A stretch of 64,000 nucleotides of DNA from a virus (IMGVR_UViG_3300022932_000002:1-64000), one strand, 5' to 3'; numbered from the stretch's first letter, positions 1-8,737 are shown. Program-made: numbers and translations. Notes: generated by a model from the sequence alone, not told the origin.

Positions 1-573
1 AATTTCTATTAGTTGTTTCTCTCGAATCCTTACAGGAAATTCAATATCTTCAGCACCATATTTAATTTGAGAAGAAGTAAAAGGAGTTGAGCCTATACTA
101 AGGAATTCTAATCTTATAGCTTTTTCTACTTTTATATCTAGATACCTGAGATTTAAAACCTCCAAACTATTTTTTAACTGCAATCCATTATATAGAATTT
201 GTTCAACAATCATTGTATCATAGAGATTGTTAATTCTAATTTTATACTTATGTAGAATGTGCTTATATTCAAATTTAAGGTTGTGACCTACCTTTACTAT
301 ATCAGGATTAGTAAGCACATCTTTAACTATGCCTAAGTCAGTATTTCTTATATCTATAATAAATTGATTTTCATCATCTCCTACTTGCAACATAACTATA
401 TCTGAAGTATGTGGATCTAGTCCTTCTATTTCAAAGTATTTATTATATTTTCTTGTAGTTTCAATATCAAGACTTATTACTTGTTTATCTTTTAGGTAAT
501 TATAACATTCTTGTATTGTGGAGTGGTTAAATTCTCCTGGTATCTGTGTTTGATTAGAAATTAAATATATCAT
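1..573 (-). CDS. DNA polymerase family A (Pol I-like), N-terminal 3'-5' exonuclease domain; partial, continues past window start
   Basis: Hand translation from ATG at 573 (MIYLISNQTQIPGEF...). Exo I SLDIETT, Exo II VGHNLKFEY, Exo III YGAEDIEF. Frame is open to position 1; absent from ORF track because it has no stop in the window. Confidence 0.8.
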   Translation of the reverse strand, partial: MIYLISNQTQIPGEFNHSTIQECYNYLKDKQVISLDIETTRKYNKYFEIEGLDPHTSDIVMLQVGDDENQFIIDIRNTDLGIVKDVLTNPDIVKVGHNLKFEYKHILHKYKIRINNLYDTMIVEQILYNGLQLKNSLEVLNLRYLDIKVEKAIRLEFLSIGSTPFTSSQIKYGAEDIEFPVRIREKQLIEI

Positions 574-582
574 AGTTTACAG

Positions 583-618
583 ATAATAAAAAGCCCAGGT
601 AATTTCTTACCCAGGCTT
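583..618 (-). terminator. intrinsic terminator-like hairpin after ORF 634..927
   Basis: AAGCC-CA-GGTAA tttc TTACC-CA-GGCTT stem with internal 2-nt mismatch at 591-618, followed on the minus strand by TTTTATTAT. Confidence 0.45.
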
Positions 619-633
619 AATACTAATTAATAA

Positions 634-927
634 TTAGAATCTCTCAGACATAATTTTTGACATCTCTGCCAGATTAGTCTCAGCCAAAGCTACTTCTCGA
701 CGTGCTTGAAGAATTGCTGCAATAGAGGAGGATGGATTAGCTTCAGTAGCTTCCAGTTTATCACGCAATTTGTCAATTTGAATGTCCAAACCTGTTACCT
801 CAGAATGAGCATCTCGGTGAGCAGATTTTACTTGTCGCTGAGCGGCTTCAATTGCTTTAACATCTTCTTTTTTAGTGATGTTTTCTTTCAGTCTTTCAAT
901 CAGTTTTGTGCTTGTTGCATTTGCCAT
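634..927 (-). CDS. hypothetical alpha-helical/coiled-coil protein
   Basis: ORF track. Charged heptad-like sequence, followed by a hairpin. C-terminal segment resembles that of ORF 9932..10312. Confidence 0.65.
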   Translation of the reverse strand: MANATSTKLIERLKENITKKEDVKAIEAAQRQVKSAHRDAHSEVTGLDIQIDKLRDKLEATEANPSSSIAAILQARREVALAETNLAEMSKIMSERF

Positions 928-964
928 AATTCTTACTTTTTAAATTGTTTTTGTTTATTACTAA

Positions 965-1288
965 TTACTTGATAATCCCGAGGATTACTGCTGTGTCTAC
1001 TTCACTCGTTGTGATAGTAGAATTGAATTGAGGTGTTGGCATTGAAGTTACAGTAGATGTCTTATTAGCTCCTTTACTAATTACAGTAACATCGCTATAA
1101 TGATACCAATCAACATCTCCAATAAGGTCTTCATCATACTCATGATCTGTAATTTCTATTTCTACAGTATCATCAGATTCATCTAGATCTACTACAATAC
1201 CTTGCCAATGACCTTCTTTTTCAACTAAAGTACCTATTTCTAGATTCTCAAATTCATGTCTGTCCATAATAATTAATTTTCTCAACAA
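965..1288 (-). CDS. hypothetical acidic protein
   Basis: ORF track; same strand and spacing as neighbours. Start could be the internal MDRHEF. Confidence 0.6.
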   Translation of the reverse strand: MLRKLIIMDRHEFENLEIGTLVEKEGHWQGIVVDLDESDDTVEIEITDHEYDEDLIGDVDWYHYSDVTVISKGANKTSTVTSMPTPQFNSTITTSEVDTAVILGIIK

Positions 1289-1364
1289 AGTTAATATATT
1301 TTCTAATAGCGAGTTTCTACTATAGTTAAAATACTCACGCTAAATAGTTTAATATATTTACTTA

Positions 1365-1601
1365 TTATGAATTTGTGTCTAACTCAGTTATTTTATCTTG
1401 AATTTCAGGGGCAAATTCAGGCATAATAACTCTTAAGTTATCAAGATTGTATACATAGCTACACTCTTTTATAAATGACACAGCTAACTCAGCTGCGTTA
1501 AATTCTTTTGTTCTGCTTTCTGTACATTCAGAAACATTTGCTTGGTGATTTCCATTGTTATCACATGCATATTCTACGATATAAGCTTGATTTTCATCCA
1601 T
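1365..1601 (-). CDS. hypothetical protein
   Basis: ORF track; no recognisable motif. Confidence 0.55.
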   Translation of the reverse strand: MDENQAYIVEYACDNNGNHQANVSECTESRTKEFNAAELAVSFIKECSYVYNLDNLRVIMPEFAPEIQDKITELDTNS

Positions 1602-1632
1602 AATCTTTTAATTTAAATGATTTAAAAAATAT

Positions 1633-2001
1633 TTACAAGTTTGGAAAAGTTCTATACTTTCTTACTAATACAGAAAATAATTCTCCTGTACTTTCATTAG
1701 TATTAAATTCTCCGCTGTTTTTAGATTGTTTCAAAACTTCATTGTGTCTTGCTTTAATCTTCTTAAGTCTACTTTTCTCTTCTTTAGTTTTAGAAAACTC
1801 AGATCTATCAATTTCCAACTTAGGATTAGTTAAACCTTCTTTTTCCATCCATTCTCTTCTTGCTCCTGCATCAAACTTATCCGGATTAGATTCAGGATTG
1901 TTTGATTTATTTCTAGCTCCACCAAAAGGTGTATGTTTGTTAGGAACTTTACCAGTGAGTAATCCAATTACATAATCATTTTGAATTCTATATTTCGACA
2001 T
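1633..2001 (-). CDS. hypothetical basic protein
   Basis: ORF track; Lys/Arg-rich; antisense ORF 1742..1975 rejected. Confidence 0.6.
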   Translation of the reverse strand: MSKYRIQNDYVIGLLTGKVPNKHTPFGGARNKSNNPESNPDKFDAGARREWMEKEGLTNPKLEIDRSEFSKTKEEKSRLKKIKARHNEVLKQSKNSGEFNTNESTGELFSVLVRKYRTFPNL

Positions 2002-2026
2002 ATCTTATTTTTTATTTTATTTATAT

Positions 2027-2257
2027 TTATCTGTTGTAAAGGGATTCAAGCCATGATTTCTTAAGCTTGTTGTCTTCATTTTTCCAATCAATATCTCCTT
2101 TTTTAGGATTATCAATATGTTCTTTTTGTTTAATTTTAACAAAGTCTTTATAATCTTGTTGTCTTTTAGCATCAAATGCTAAACATCCAATTATAATCAT
2201 TGCTAAAAATAAAATCAATTGTGCAAAGTTTCCAGGATTTCTTATTTTACTAGTCAT
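2027..2257 (-). CDS. hypothetical single-pass membrane protein
   Basis: Hydrophobic segment FAQLILFLAMIIIGCLAF near the N-terminus. Confidence 0.6.
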   Translation of the reverse strand: MTSKIRNPGNFAQLILFLAMIIIGCLAFDAKRQQDYKDFVKIKQKEHIDNPKKGDIDWKNEDNKLKKSWLESLYNR

Positions 2258-2368
2258 ATTCTGGATTTATGCTTGTTTTTATAGAAGATGACTTGTATCT
2301 GTCTAAATATAATCTACGTAATTTTTGTATTTTGATTATATTTCGTCTAATCTGTCTCTCTTGCATAA

Positions 2369-2758
2369 CTAGTCAACTTCTTTATACAGTTTATTACTAT
2401 ATACCAAGAAACCTCCATTATAAGTAGTAACAGGATTAATTAATTCTCCTTTTTCTACCATTTGATTTCTTTCAACTGGTCTAACTAAATGAGCTTTTAC
2501 TTTTACTAAAGGTTCTGTATTTGCTTTAGTTATAATTGCATTTTTAGCCTTTACACTTAGTTCATATTTAGTTCCTGGACCAGCTCCGTGTCTTTTAAGA
2601 ATCTTATGAGCTGTCAATTGTTTAATTTTAGATCTTGTTGCTTCATAAGTCCTGCTTAAATTTCTAGAAATCTCTAAAGCTGGTTTACCAGCATTTAAAT
2701 TCTTAAGAAGAAATGTTAATTCTTCTTCGCTCCAGTTGTTTCTATTTGTATTTAACAT
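2369..2758 (-). CDS. putative SANT/Myb-like helix-turn-helix DNA-binding protein
   Basis: N-terminal WSEEELTFLLKNLNAGKPALEISRNLSRTYEATRSKIKQL matches the W-x-EE...IA..L.RT Myb-like pattern. Confidence 0.45.
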   Translation of the reverse strand: MLNTNRNNWSEEELTFLLKNLNAGKPALEISRNLSRTYEATRSKIKQLTAHKILKRHGAGPGTKYELSVKAKNAIITKANTEPLVKVKAHLVRPVERNQMVEKGELINPVTTYNGGFLVYSNKLYKEVD

Positions 2759-2774
2759 ATATATTTATTTTATA

Positions 2775-3545
2775 TTAGTTCATTTTTTGATTTACTACTA
2801 ATTCATCAGTTGATTCAATTCCCCAGGCACTTAGAATCAAATATCCTTTTTGTTTATTTCTAAAAACTGGTTGCAATACTACAGGATCAGGGATTTCCAT
2901 TTTAGATAATTTAAAATCTCTAACCTCATAATCCTTTAGATTAAAATCTTTGAGTGGAGCTGCAATTTCAAGCTTTGCTTTAGACATATCATATCTGAGA
3001 TATTGGTGATTTCTTAAATAATCTTTATAATGCTCATAGTCGTAATAACCCCATGTATTTCCTCTAGCACTACTATCTAGATATAGCATATCTTCTTCTT
3101 TAATTGGATTATTTTCAATCTCGGCTAAATTTTTATCCGGAACTGTTCCAATATATCTCCCTATATCTCCATAAACTAAGTTATATTTTTCACAAATTTT
3201 CTTAACTGAGTCTTCTGTAATAAATTTATGAAGAGGATATTTGAAACTAAAATATTCAATTATTTCAGCCATTTTCTTCTTCTCATTATTTATTTTATCG
3301 ATTTCTGCAAGTTTACTTGATTCTTTTTCTGCTAAAATAACTTCGGCAGTAGCTCCAAATCCTAATCTTCTTAATCTTCTAGCTTTTTCGAAAACTTCTT
3401 CTTCTACAGTTGTGTTGGATTGTAAAGTAATCTTAGCATCAGCTAATAATTTATCTACTTCTGAATAAAAAGCTTGATGAATTTCTTCTACAATTTTATT
3501 CATTTCTATAATCTTACTTTCTTTACTTTTAAATAATTTAATCAT
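2775..3545 (-). CDS. hypothetical protein
   Basis: ORF track 2775..3629 trimmed to internal ATG at 3545 (MIKLFKS), which removes the 74-nt overlap with the upstream gene. Confidence 0.6.
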   Translation of the reverse strand: MIKLFKSKESKIIEMNKIVEEIHQAFYSEVDKLLADAKITLQSNTTVEEEVFEKARRLRRLGFGATAEVILAEKESSKLAEIDKINNEKKKMAEIIEYFSFKYPLHKFITEDSVKKICEKYNLVYGDIGRYIGTVPDKNLAEIENNPIKEEDMLYLDSSARGNTWGYYDYEHYKDYLRNHQYLRYDMSKAKLEIAAPLKDFNLKDYEVRDFKLSKMEIPDPVVLQPVFRNKQKGYLILSAWGIESTDELVVNQKMN

Positions 3546-3555
3546 GGTATCAATT

Positions 3556-4371
3556 TTAATTATTGTAAACTCTTCTTGTTTTTCCACTTTTATAAAGAAT
3601 AATGACATATCCTTTATCTTCTTTTCCACAAGGTTGTCCTAGTAGATTAAGTACTTCTTCAACTTCTTCTTCCTTTACTCTATTGTCAATTGAAATAGTT
3701 TCATGTACCTTTTGTTTTCCATTTTTTACTGTTACTAATCTATAGTAATTAATAACAGGCTTGAAAGCATCATCAATTGTGAAATAGTCAATATTAGAAG
3801 AAGCATTAGTAATATTAATCTGCTCCCAATCAATTGCATCAATACTTCTTTCAATAATATAGGTATCACAATCATTATCAGGATTAATTCCCCAAATAAT
3901 AGAATTTACACCATCTATATATTGACCACTGAAGTAAATGAATTCAAGTGGTAATTGAGAGAAGCTACAATTCACAACTTGATAAGGTAAATTAGGTCCT
4001 TGAATAGTAAGATTGATACTATTACATAGATTGGATAATGTCAAACTACTGCAATCTCCACTAAATGAACTAGTAGATGAATAGGTAAAACCATTACCTT
4101 CTGTTTGAGGAATACCATCGAAGAATACATTATTATTACCACAATGAATAGTTCCTTGTAGTGTATATAGACTAGATGGTACATTAGGTCCTGTGAAATC
4201 TACAGAGTATCTTAGTAATACTTTATAAGTACAACCTCCACCATTTGTTGTAATTTGTAAACTGATTGGTTCTATTACTACATGTACATCATAATTCTGA
4301 GAATGAATGATACATTGAGTAAAAGATATTTGTTGAATTAATAAACAGATTAATAATATTAGATTTTTCAT
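3556..4371 (-). CDS. secreted protein with signal peptide and T9SS-type C-terminal sorting-domain-like tail
   Basis: N-terminus MKNLILLICLLIQQISFTQ. The W..ERS.D...W...Y.F.D....YYRL module is typical of Bacteroidota surface proteins. C-terminus LNLLGQPCGKEDKGYVIILYKSGKTRRV resembles the Por secretion tail. Confidence 0.55.
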   Translation of the reverse strand: MKNLILLICLLIQQISFTQCIIHSQNYDVHVVIEPISLQITTNGGGCTYKVLLRYSVDFTGPNVPSSLYTLQGTIHCGNNNVFFDGIPQTEGNGFTYSSTSSFSGDCSSLTLSNLCNSINLTIQGPNLPYQVVNCSFSQLPLEFIYFSGQYIDGVNSIIWGINPDNDCDTYIIERSIDAIDWEQINITNASSNIDYFTIDDAFKPVINYYRLVTVKNGKQKVHETISIDNRVKEEEVEEVLNLLGQPCGKEDKGYVIILYKSGKTRRVYNN

Positions 4372-4431
4372 AGTTTTTACTTTAAATTTGATTAAATAAA
4401 AATCCCCAATAAATTAATATTAGGGATTAAG

Positions 4432-4514
4432 TGCTCTGAAGGGGACTCGAACCCCTATGCCTAACGGCGGCAAATTTTAAGTCTGCTATGTATACCAAGT
4501 TTCATCACCAGAGC
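4432..4514 (-). tRNA. tRNA-Leu (anticodon TAA), type II with long variable arm
   Basis: Hand-folded cloverleaf: acceptor GCTCTGG/TCAGAGC, anticodon stem GCAGA/TTTGC, loop CTTAAAA, variable arm GCC-GTTA-GGC, T arm AGGGG-TTCGAGT-CCCCT. No encoded CCA. Confidence 0.85.
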
Positions 4515-4524
4515 ATAACTTACT

Positions 4525-4869
4525 TTATTTAGTAAGTTTAATTAATGTTTGAGAAGGATTGAGTTCTTGCCAAACCATATTCTTCTTTTTAAGCTGTTTT
4601 AAGAGCACTTTGTTATAATCTTCATCATAATATAAGATTAAAGTATCTTCGCTAATCTCATAGACTCCTGTGTTCAAATTACCGCTAGGCTCTACTCCAT
4701 TGATATAGAATTTCTGCCAAGTATAGGTATCTTCTGAGAAATTGTATTCTGTGTAAGTGGATGCATAGGTATTAGTAGTCCATTTACCTTCTAATCTTCT
4801 TTCATTTCTTTTTTCCTTATTACATGCTGTTAATACCAGCAAAATAAGAATTGTATAAATTGTTTTCAT
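4525..4869 (-). CDS. putative lipoprotein
   Basis: Signal peptide with lipobox: MKTIYTILILLVLTAC. Confidence 0.65.
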   Translation of the reverse strand: MKTIYTILILLVLTACNKEKRNERRLEGKWTTNTYASTYTEYNFSEDTYTWQKFYINGVEPSGNLNTGVYEISEDTLILYYDEDYNKVLLKQLKKKNMVWQELNPSQTLIKLTK

Positions 4870-5087
4870 AATTTTAGTTTTACTCTAATTTGTTCTCTTA
4901 ATATTTTTATTCGTTTGTCATGTTCTACAAACTCTTCTTTAGACATAAATCTAATTTTAGACATTCTGTCAGTAGTTCCATCATTTCTTTTCACTACATA
5001 TGAGTTTGTAGTTTCTCTAATTATCTTATATTCTTTACCATATGTAAGTAATCCTTCATAAGGCAAATGACATATTTTACTTTCCAT
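4866..5087 (-). CDS. hypothetical protein
   Basis: ORF track; 4-nt overlap with the downstream gene. Confidence 0.6.
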   Translation of the reverse strand: MESKICHLPYEGLLTYGKEYKIIRETTNSYVVKRNDGTTDRMSKIRFMSKEEFVEHDKRIKILREQIRVKLKL

Positions 5088-5244
5088 AATCTTTCATTGG
5101 TAAAACAAGTAATTTACCTGTCTTATGTGTTGAGTGTTCTAATTGTTTCTTCTTCCAGTTACAAACAGAACTTGGTTTGTTTTTTTCAATAGTTTCTTTA
5201 ATGGTCCCATTTACTATCCAAACAAGTTTATATAGTGTTTCCAT
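5077..5244 (-). CDS. hypothetical small protein (55 aa)
   Basis: Hand-found ORF below the track cutoff (METLYKLVWIVNG...). Its stop overlaps the next start (ATGGAAAGTAA) and it fills an otherwise empty gap. Confidence 0.45.
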   Translation of the reverse strand: METLYKLVWIVNGTIKETIEKNKPSSVCNWKKKQLEHSTHKTGKLLVLPMKDYGK

Positions 5245-5257
5245 AGTTATTTAGTTT

Positions 5258-6007
5258 TTAATGATTTCTAAAGCTTTTTACAGGATCAAATCCTTTAGCT
5301 TCAAGTTTTTGCTTAGAGGTACGCTCTTCATTTAATTTATTATAATTTAACCAGTACCTAAAAGTTTCTTCATCCATATGATTATAAGAACCTCTATTAC
5401 GTTTTTTATCAAGTTTATATTGTTTTCTACGTTCTGCTCGTAGTTTTAACAATATAGGATCACTAGGTCTATCAAATTCTTTTCTATAACCAGAAACAAT
5501 CACTTTTGAATAATTAGGATTTTCTTCATGATTACTATAATTATCCATAAATGAATAATAGCTTTTAGCCTCACAACCCGCGCCTGTAAATTTCCATTCT
5601 TCTTTAAAATTAAAAGAAGTAAACACAATAGGACGTTTAAGATGATTTTTATATCTTTTATATCTTTTATATATAGGAGCATTTTCACCTTTATATTCTT
5701 GAATTAATCCTTTTTCATCAATATAATACTCAGCAACATAACTACGAAAAGTTTCAAAATAATCAAGAAAAAGATATTGGTAACGTTGTTCTACTTTAGA
5801 ACAAAATTTACTGAATTCTTTAGCAAAAGATTTACCTACAGCTTGTTCAATCATTCTTTTAGCTAATTTTTGATCATTCCATCTACAACGATATCTGTAA
5901 TATATGACATTCCACATATCTCCATATCGTCTAGTTAGATTAGCTGCTCTGTTTTCTCTAAAAGGAAGATTTTCTAATTCTGTTTCTTCCCAATTATTTA
6001 ACCACAT
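5258..6007 (-). CDS. hypothetical protein
   Basis: ORF track; 249 aa, basic, Tyr/Arg-rich; no motif recognised. Confidence 0.65.
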   Translation of the reverse strand: MWLNNWEETELENLPFRENRAANLTRRYGDMWNVIYYRYRCRWNDQKLAKRMIEQAVGKSFAKEFSKFCSKVEQRYQYLFLDYFETFRSYVAEYYIDEKGLIQEYKGENAPIYKRYKRYKNHLKRPIVFTSFNFKEEWKFTGAGCEAKSYYSFMDNYSNHEENPNYSKVIVSGYRKEFDRPSDPILLKLRAERRKQYKLDKKRNRGSYNHMDEETFRYWLNYNKLNEERTSKQKLEAKGFDPVKSFRNH

Positions 6008-6009
6008 AA

Positions 6010-6423
6010 TTATTTAATTAAATTTAATGCTTCTTGTAATCCAGCTTCTAGTGCTTCTTCATGGGTTTCAAAATAACTATACTTATCCCCCATTTGTTTA
6101 AGTTTATTATCATAAGCTATTTCAAAGAAGCATTTCTTATTCTTATTATTATCTGCATAACTAGGTAAAGCAGTTACATAAATATTATGAACTTCTCTAA
6201 GCCATTTCTGAAGTAAGGTTTGTCTAACTAAGTGAATTCTTTCTATATTATCTTTGGGAGATTCTTTATAATAATCATATGTTCTTTTAGTATATATACC
6301 TTTTGTTAAAGTACCTGATTCACTAATTTTAGGTGGGTTATAAACCACTAATACTGAAAGCTCATTAAAACCTTTTTCCTTTGCTAGTTTAGCTGTTTCT
6401 AGTGAAATTAATTCTTCTTCCAT
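6010..6423 (-). CDS. hypothetical protein
   Basis: ORF track; 2-nt spacing to neighbours. Confidence 0.65.
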   Translation of the reverse strand: MEEELISLETAKLAKEKGFNELSVLVVYNPPKISESGTLTKGIYTKRTYDYYKESPKDNIERIHLVRQTLLQKWLREVHNIYVTALPSYADNNKNKKCFFEIAYDNKLKQMGDKYSYFETHEEALEAGLQEALNLIK

Positions 6424-6425
6424 AA

Positions 6426-6641
6426 TTAAATAGTTTCTTTACCTCTACTTACTAAATCTAAAGCCAGAAGTATAAGAGAGTTCATCATTGATATTCCAGC
6501 ATCTGTCTCATTTTCTACTTCTAGAGCTAATTCTTCTCCACTATAGACTTTTCCGCCATAGCTTATATAAGATGAGATACCTTTTCTTTTAAGATTTTTT
6601 ACTAGAGCTTGTTTTAGCTTATCTATATTTTCTTCTTGCAT
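6426..6641 (-). CDS. hypothetical protein
   Basis: ORF track; tight spacing. Confidence 0.6.
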   Translation of the reverse strand: MQEENIDKLKQALVKNLKRKGISSYISYGGKVYSGEELALEVENETDAGISMMNSLILLALDLVSRGKETI

Positions 6642-6643
6642 AA

Positions 6644-6841
6644 TTAAATAAATCTTGCTTTAATTTGATTAAAATTCCACAGAATACATTCATAGACTTC
6701 TTCAGACTCTCCAATTAACTTTGATCCTTTTACAATGTCTGTCATATTAATTTTTCCTGATTCTCTTACATGTTGAAATTTCTTAAGTTGTCTTTCAGTA
6801 ATATCTTTAATTTCTATGTTTTCTTTGAAGTGCTTACTCAT
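6644..6841 (-). CDS. hypothetical protein
   Basis: ORF 6644..6907 trimmed to MSKHFKEN at 6841, giving an ATGAGTAA start/stop overlap with the upstream gene. Confidence 0.55.
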   Translation of the reverse strand: MSKHFKENIEIKDITERQLKKFQHVRESGKINMTDIVKGSKLIGESEEVYECILWNFNQIKARFI

Positions 6842-7064
6842 CGCTTCCGTATGTTTGGTTATACCACTCAATCGGCAAACCATTATCAGGACAAAACTTC
6901 GTTTCATAAGCCTTTTCCAGCCGCGGCCGCTCGGTGGTGGATTTATGCTTCTCTAAAATAGATACAGCCGCACTACATGCTATCAATAACGATGTACTTC
7001 CGCCTTCCATTGTTGATTTCAGTTCCTCAATCGCGATCTGCATCGCCGTTTTCTGCTTTTCCAT
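6834..7064 (-). CDS. hypothetical protein, compositionally atypical (GC-richer)
   Basis: ORF track. Locally much higher GC, including GCGGCCGC at about 6922. Confidence 0.6.
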   Translation of the reverse strand: MEKQKTAMQIAIEELKSTMEGGSTSLLIACSAAVSILEKHKSTTERPRLEKAYETKFCPDNGLPIEWYNQTYGSDE

Positions 7065-7435
7065 TAATTTTCTAATTTAATCCAACCTAATTCTATTTGT
7101 TGTTCAACGCTATAACCCATCCACGGCAAAGCGTAACCTTTTGAGCGCAGATAGTCAAGTTTGAAATTATCTTCATAATCATCAGATAAATCTATTTTAG
7201 CCTGTGAAATACGAAATTCGTTTTCATCAACTCCTATAGAATTTAAATATTCAACAGCATCTTCATCAGTAATTTGAGAAAGTGGTTTTAATTTAGCATA
7301 AATACCATTAATGAATTCTGGTCTGAAAATTTCTAAACCTGAAACATTGAGTCCTAAACTGTCAAGAAATATATCTTGCCCCCAATATTGAGCAAAGAAT
7401 TTTGCTTTGTCTTCTATACTTGCGTTTGTTTCCAT
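7064..7435 (-). CDS. hypothetical protein
   Basis: ORF track; start/stop abut the neighbours. Confidence 0.65.
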   Translation of the reverse strand: METNASIEDKAKFFAQYWGQDIFLDSLGLNVSGLEIFRPEFINGIYAKLKPLSQITDEDAVEYLNSIGVDENEFRISQAKIDLSDDYEDNFKLDYLRSKGYALPWMGYSVEQQIELGWIKLEN

Positions 7436-7599
7436 GTGTTTTCTACTTTAGCTCCATACCAATCTTTTTTACCACCCTCTGGATAAATAGTTTTAAAACC
7501 TTTAGCTGTATCAAGTGTTTGAGGTTTCATAGTGTTTTCTAAATTACAATCTGTAGCTAATTTAGAAGGATAAAATAGAGTTCTTAATAATTTAAACAT
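7414..7599 (-). CDS. hypothetical small protein
   Basis: ORF 7414..7650 trimmed to MFKLLRT at 7599, because the longer N-terminus runs into tRNA-Arg. Confidence 0.5.
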   Translation of the reverse strand: MFKLLRTLFYPSKLATDCNLENTMKPQTLDTAKGFKTIYPEGGKKDWYGAKVENTWKQTQV

Positions 7600-7631
7600 A
7601 ATATTAGTTTTTAGTTGTTTATAATTTATAG

Positions 7632-7705
7632 CGATTCTAGAAGGATTCAAACCTTCAACCTATGTCTTAGAAGGACATGGCTCTATTCAGTTGAGCTATA
7701 GAATC
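7632..7705 (-). tRNA. tRNA-Arg (anticodon TCT)
   Basis: Cloverleaf: acceptor GATTCTA/TAGAATC, D stem GCTC/GAGC, anticodon stem ATGTC/GACAT, loop CTTCTAA, T arm GAAGG-TTTGAAT-CCTTC. D loop lacks GG and T loop has T instead of C56. Confidence 0.85.
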
Positions 7706-7714
7706 TAAAGATAT

Positions 7715-7900
7715 TTATTTATCTTTAATGTCAATATAGCCAATAATGACTCCTGTTCCAGTAAAAATACCTACTGTATAGATAATTTCAGCTTTACCAA
7801 CTGGTTCCCAATTACAACTTACAGCTTTATAAATACATCTACACCATCCGAAAATTGCTACAATATAAAGTGCAATAATAACAATACTAATTTTTCCCAT
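7715..7900 (-). CDS. hypothetical small membrane protein
   Basis: Two hydrophobic segments (ISIVIIALYIVAIFGW, IIYTVGIFTGTGVIIGYI); sits between two tRNAs. Confidence 0.6.
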   Translation of the reverse strand: MGKISIVIIALYIVAIFGWCRCIYKAVSCNWEPVGKAEIIYTVGIFTGTGVIIGYIDIKDK

Positions 7901-7922
7901 TTTATTTATTTTTAATTAATAG

Positions 7923-7996
7923 TGGTCCCACACAGGCTCGAACTGTGGACCCACAGATTATGAGTCTGTTGCTCTAACCAACTGAGCTATAGGACC
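7923..7996 (-). tRNA. tRNA with CAT anticodon (elongator Met type, or Ile2 if lysidine-modified)
   Basis: Cloverleaf: GGTCCTA/TGGGACC acceptor, GCTC-AGTTGGTTA-GAGC, anticodon stem ACAGA/TCTGT, loop CTCATAA, T arm CACAG-TTCGAGC-CTGTG. Not initiator-like (G1-C72, no GGG/CCC in anticodon stem). Confidence 0.9.
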
Positions 7997-8003
7997 TAAC
8001 CGT

Positions 8004-8504
8004 TTAATATTCTTTTAATTTGTATTTAGCAAAATCTACAACTACATCATCCCAACATGCTAGGATTTTAGTTTTAGGACTTAAAGGTTCAAGTGTTAAA
8101 TCTTCAAGAACTTCTACCCAATTTGTATTGATGTGTAGATTATAAAATTCAACTGCCCAACTAGCAATTAGATTATTAGTAACTGTGTAACCATAACCCT
8201 CTTCTTGTACTTTTTTATACAATTTCTTACAAATAGTATTTGAGATAATAGAAGAAATCATTGCAATTTCATGTACAGAAGTATCATTATCATACTCTTC
8301 CTCATCAATTTCTCTTATCTGATTGTAAAAGAACTTTACATCTTTTGTGACTTGAGCAATAAATGGATTAGCATTAGGTATAGAGAAACCAATTAACTTA
8401 AATCTCCACCATTTTTCACCATCATCTGAAAATTCATATTCTTCTCCTATAGTGTATTCTATGCCTTTTAGCGTGATTTTGGGTTTTTCTATTTTTTGTA
8501 CCAT
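8004..8504 (-). CDS. hypothetical protein
   Basis: ORF track; 1-nt overlap with the upstream gene. Confidence 0.65.
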   Translation of the reverse strand: MVQKIEKPKITLKGIEYTIGEEYEFSDDGEKWWRFKLIGFSIPNANPFIAQVTKDVKFFYNQIREIDEEEYDNDTSVHEIAMISSIISNTICKKLYKKVQEEGYGYTVTNNLIASWAVEFYNLHINTNWVEVLEDLTLEPLSPKTKILACWDDVVVDFAKYKLKEY

Positions 8505-8737
8505 TATTTTGTAATTTCTAGTTTATATGTTGAATAAAGAGTTTTGAAGATGCCTTCTTCATTCATTTCCTCAGTTACTATAGAAGTATTAAGTCTACCG
8601 CCAAAATTGTATCTTTCTCCCTTTACAGGTAAAGCTATTTTCTTAGCTTGATGTGTAACAGTATGTCCTTCATAGATTTGATTAGGATGTTCTCCATTAA
8701 AGAAATCATCCTTAAGTTTTACTAGTTTTGCTCTCAT
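8504..8737 (-). CDS. hypothetical protein
   Basis: ORF track; overlaps both neighbours by 1-4 nt. Confidence 0.6.
   Translation of the reverse strand: MRAKLVKLKDDFFNGEHPNQIYEGHTVTHQAKKIALPVKGERYNFGGRLNTSIVTEEMNEEGIFKTLYSTYKLEITK

Noticed and set aside
7600-7650. N-terminal extensions of track ORFs that run into RNA genes or signals: 7414..7650 into tRNA-Arg, 15544..15843 into the tRNA-like T arm, and 56868..56924 into a terminator/promoter.
   Set aside because: The extensions simply translate tRNA or hairpin sequence (for example MVTGSNPVS from GGTTCGAATCC). Internal ATGs give sensible starts.
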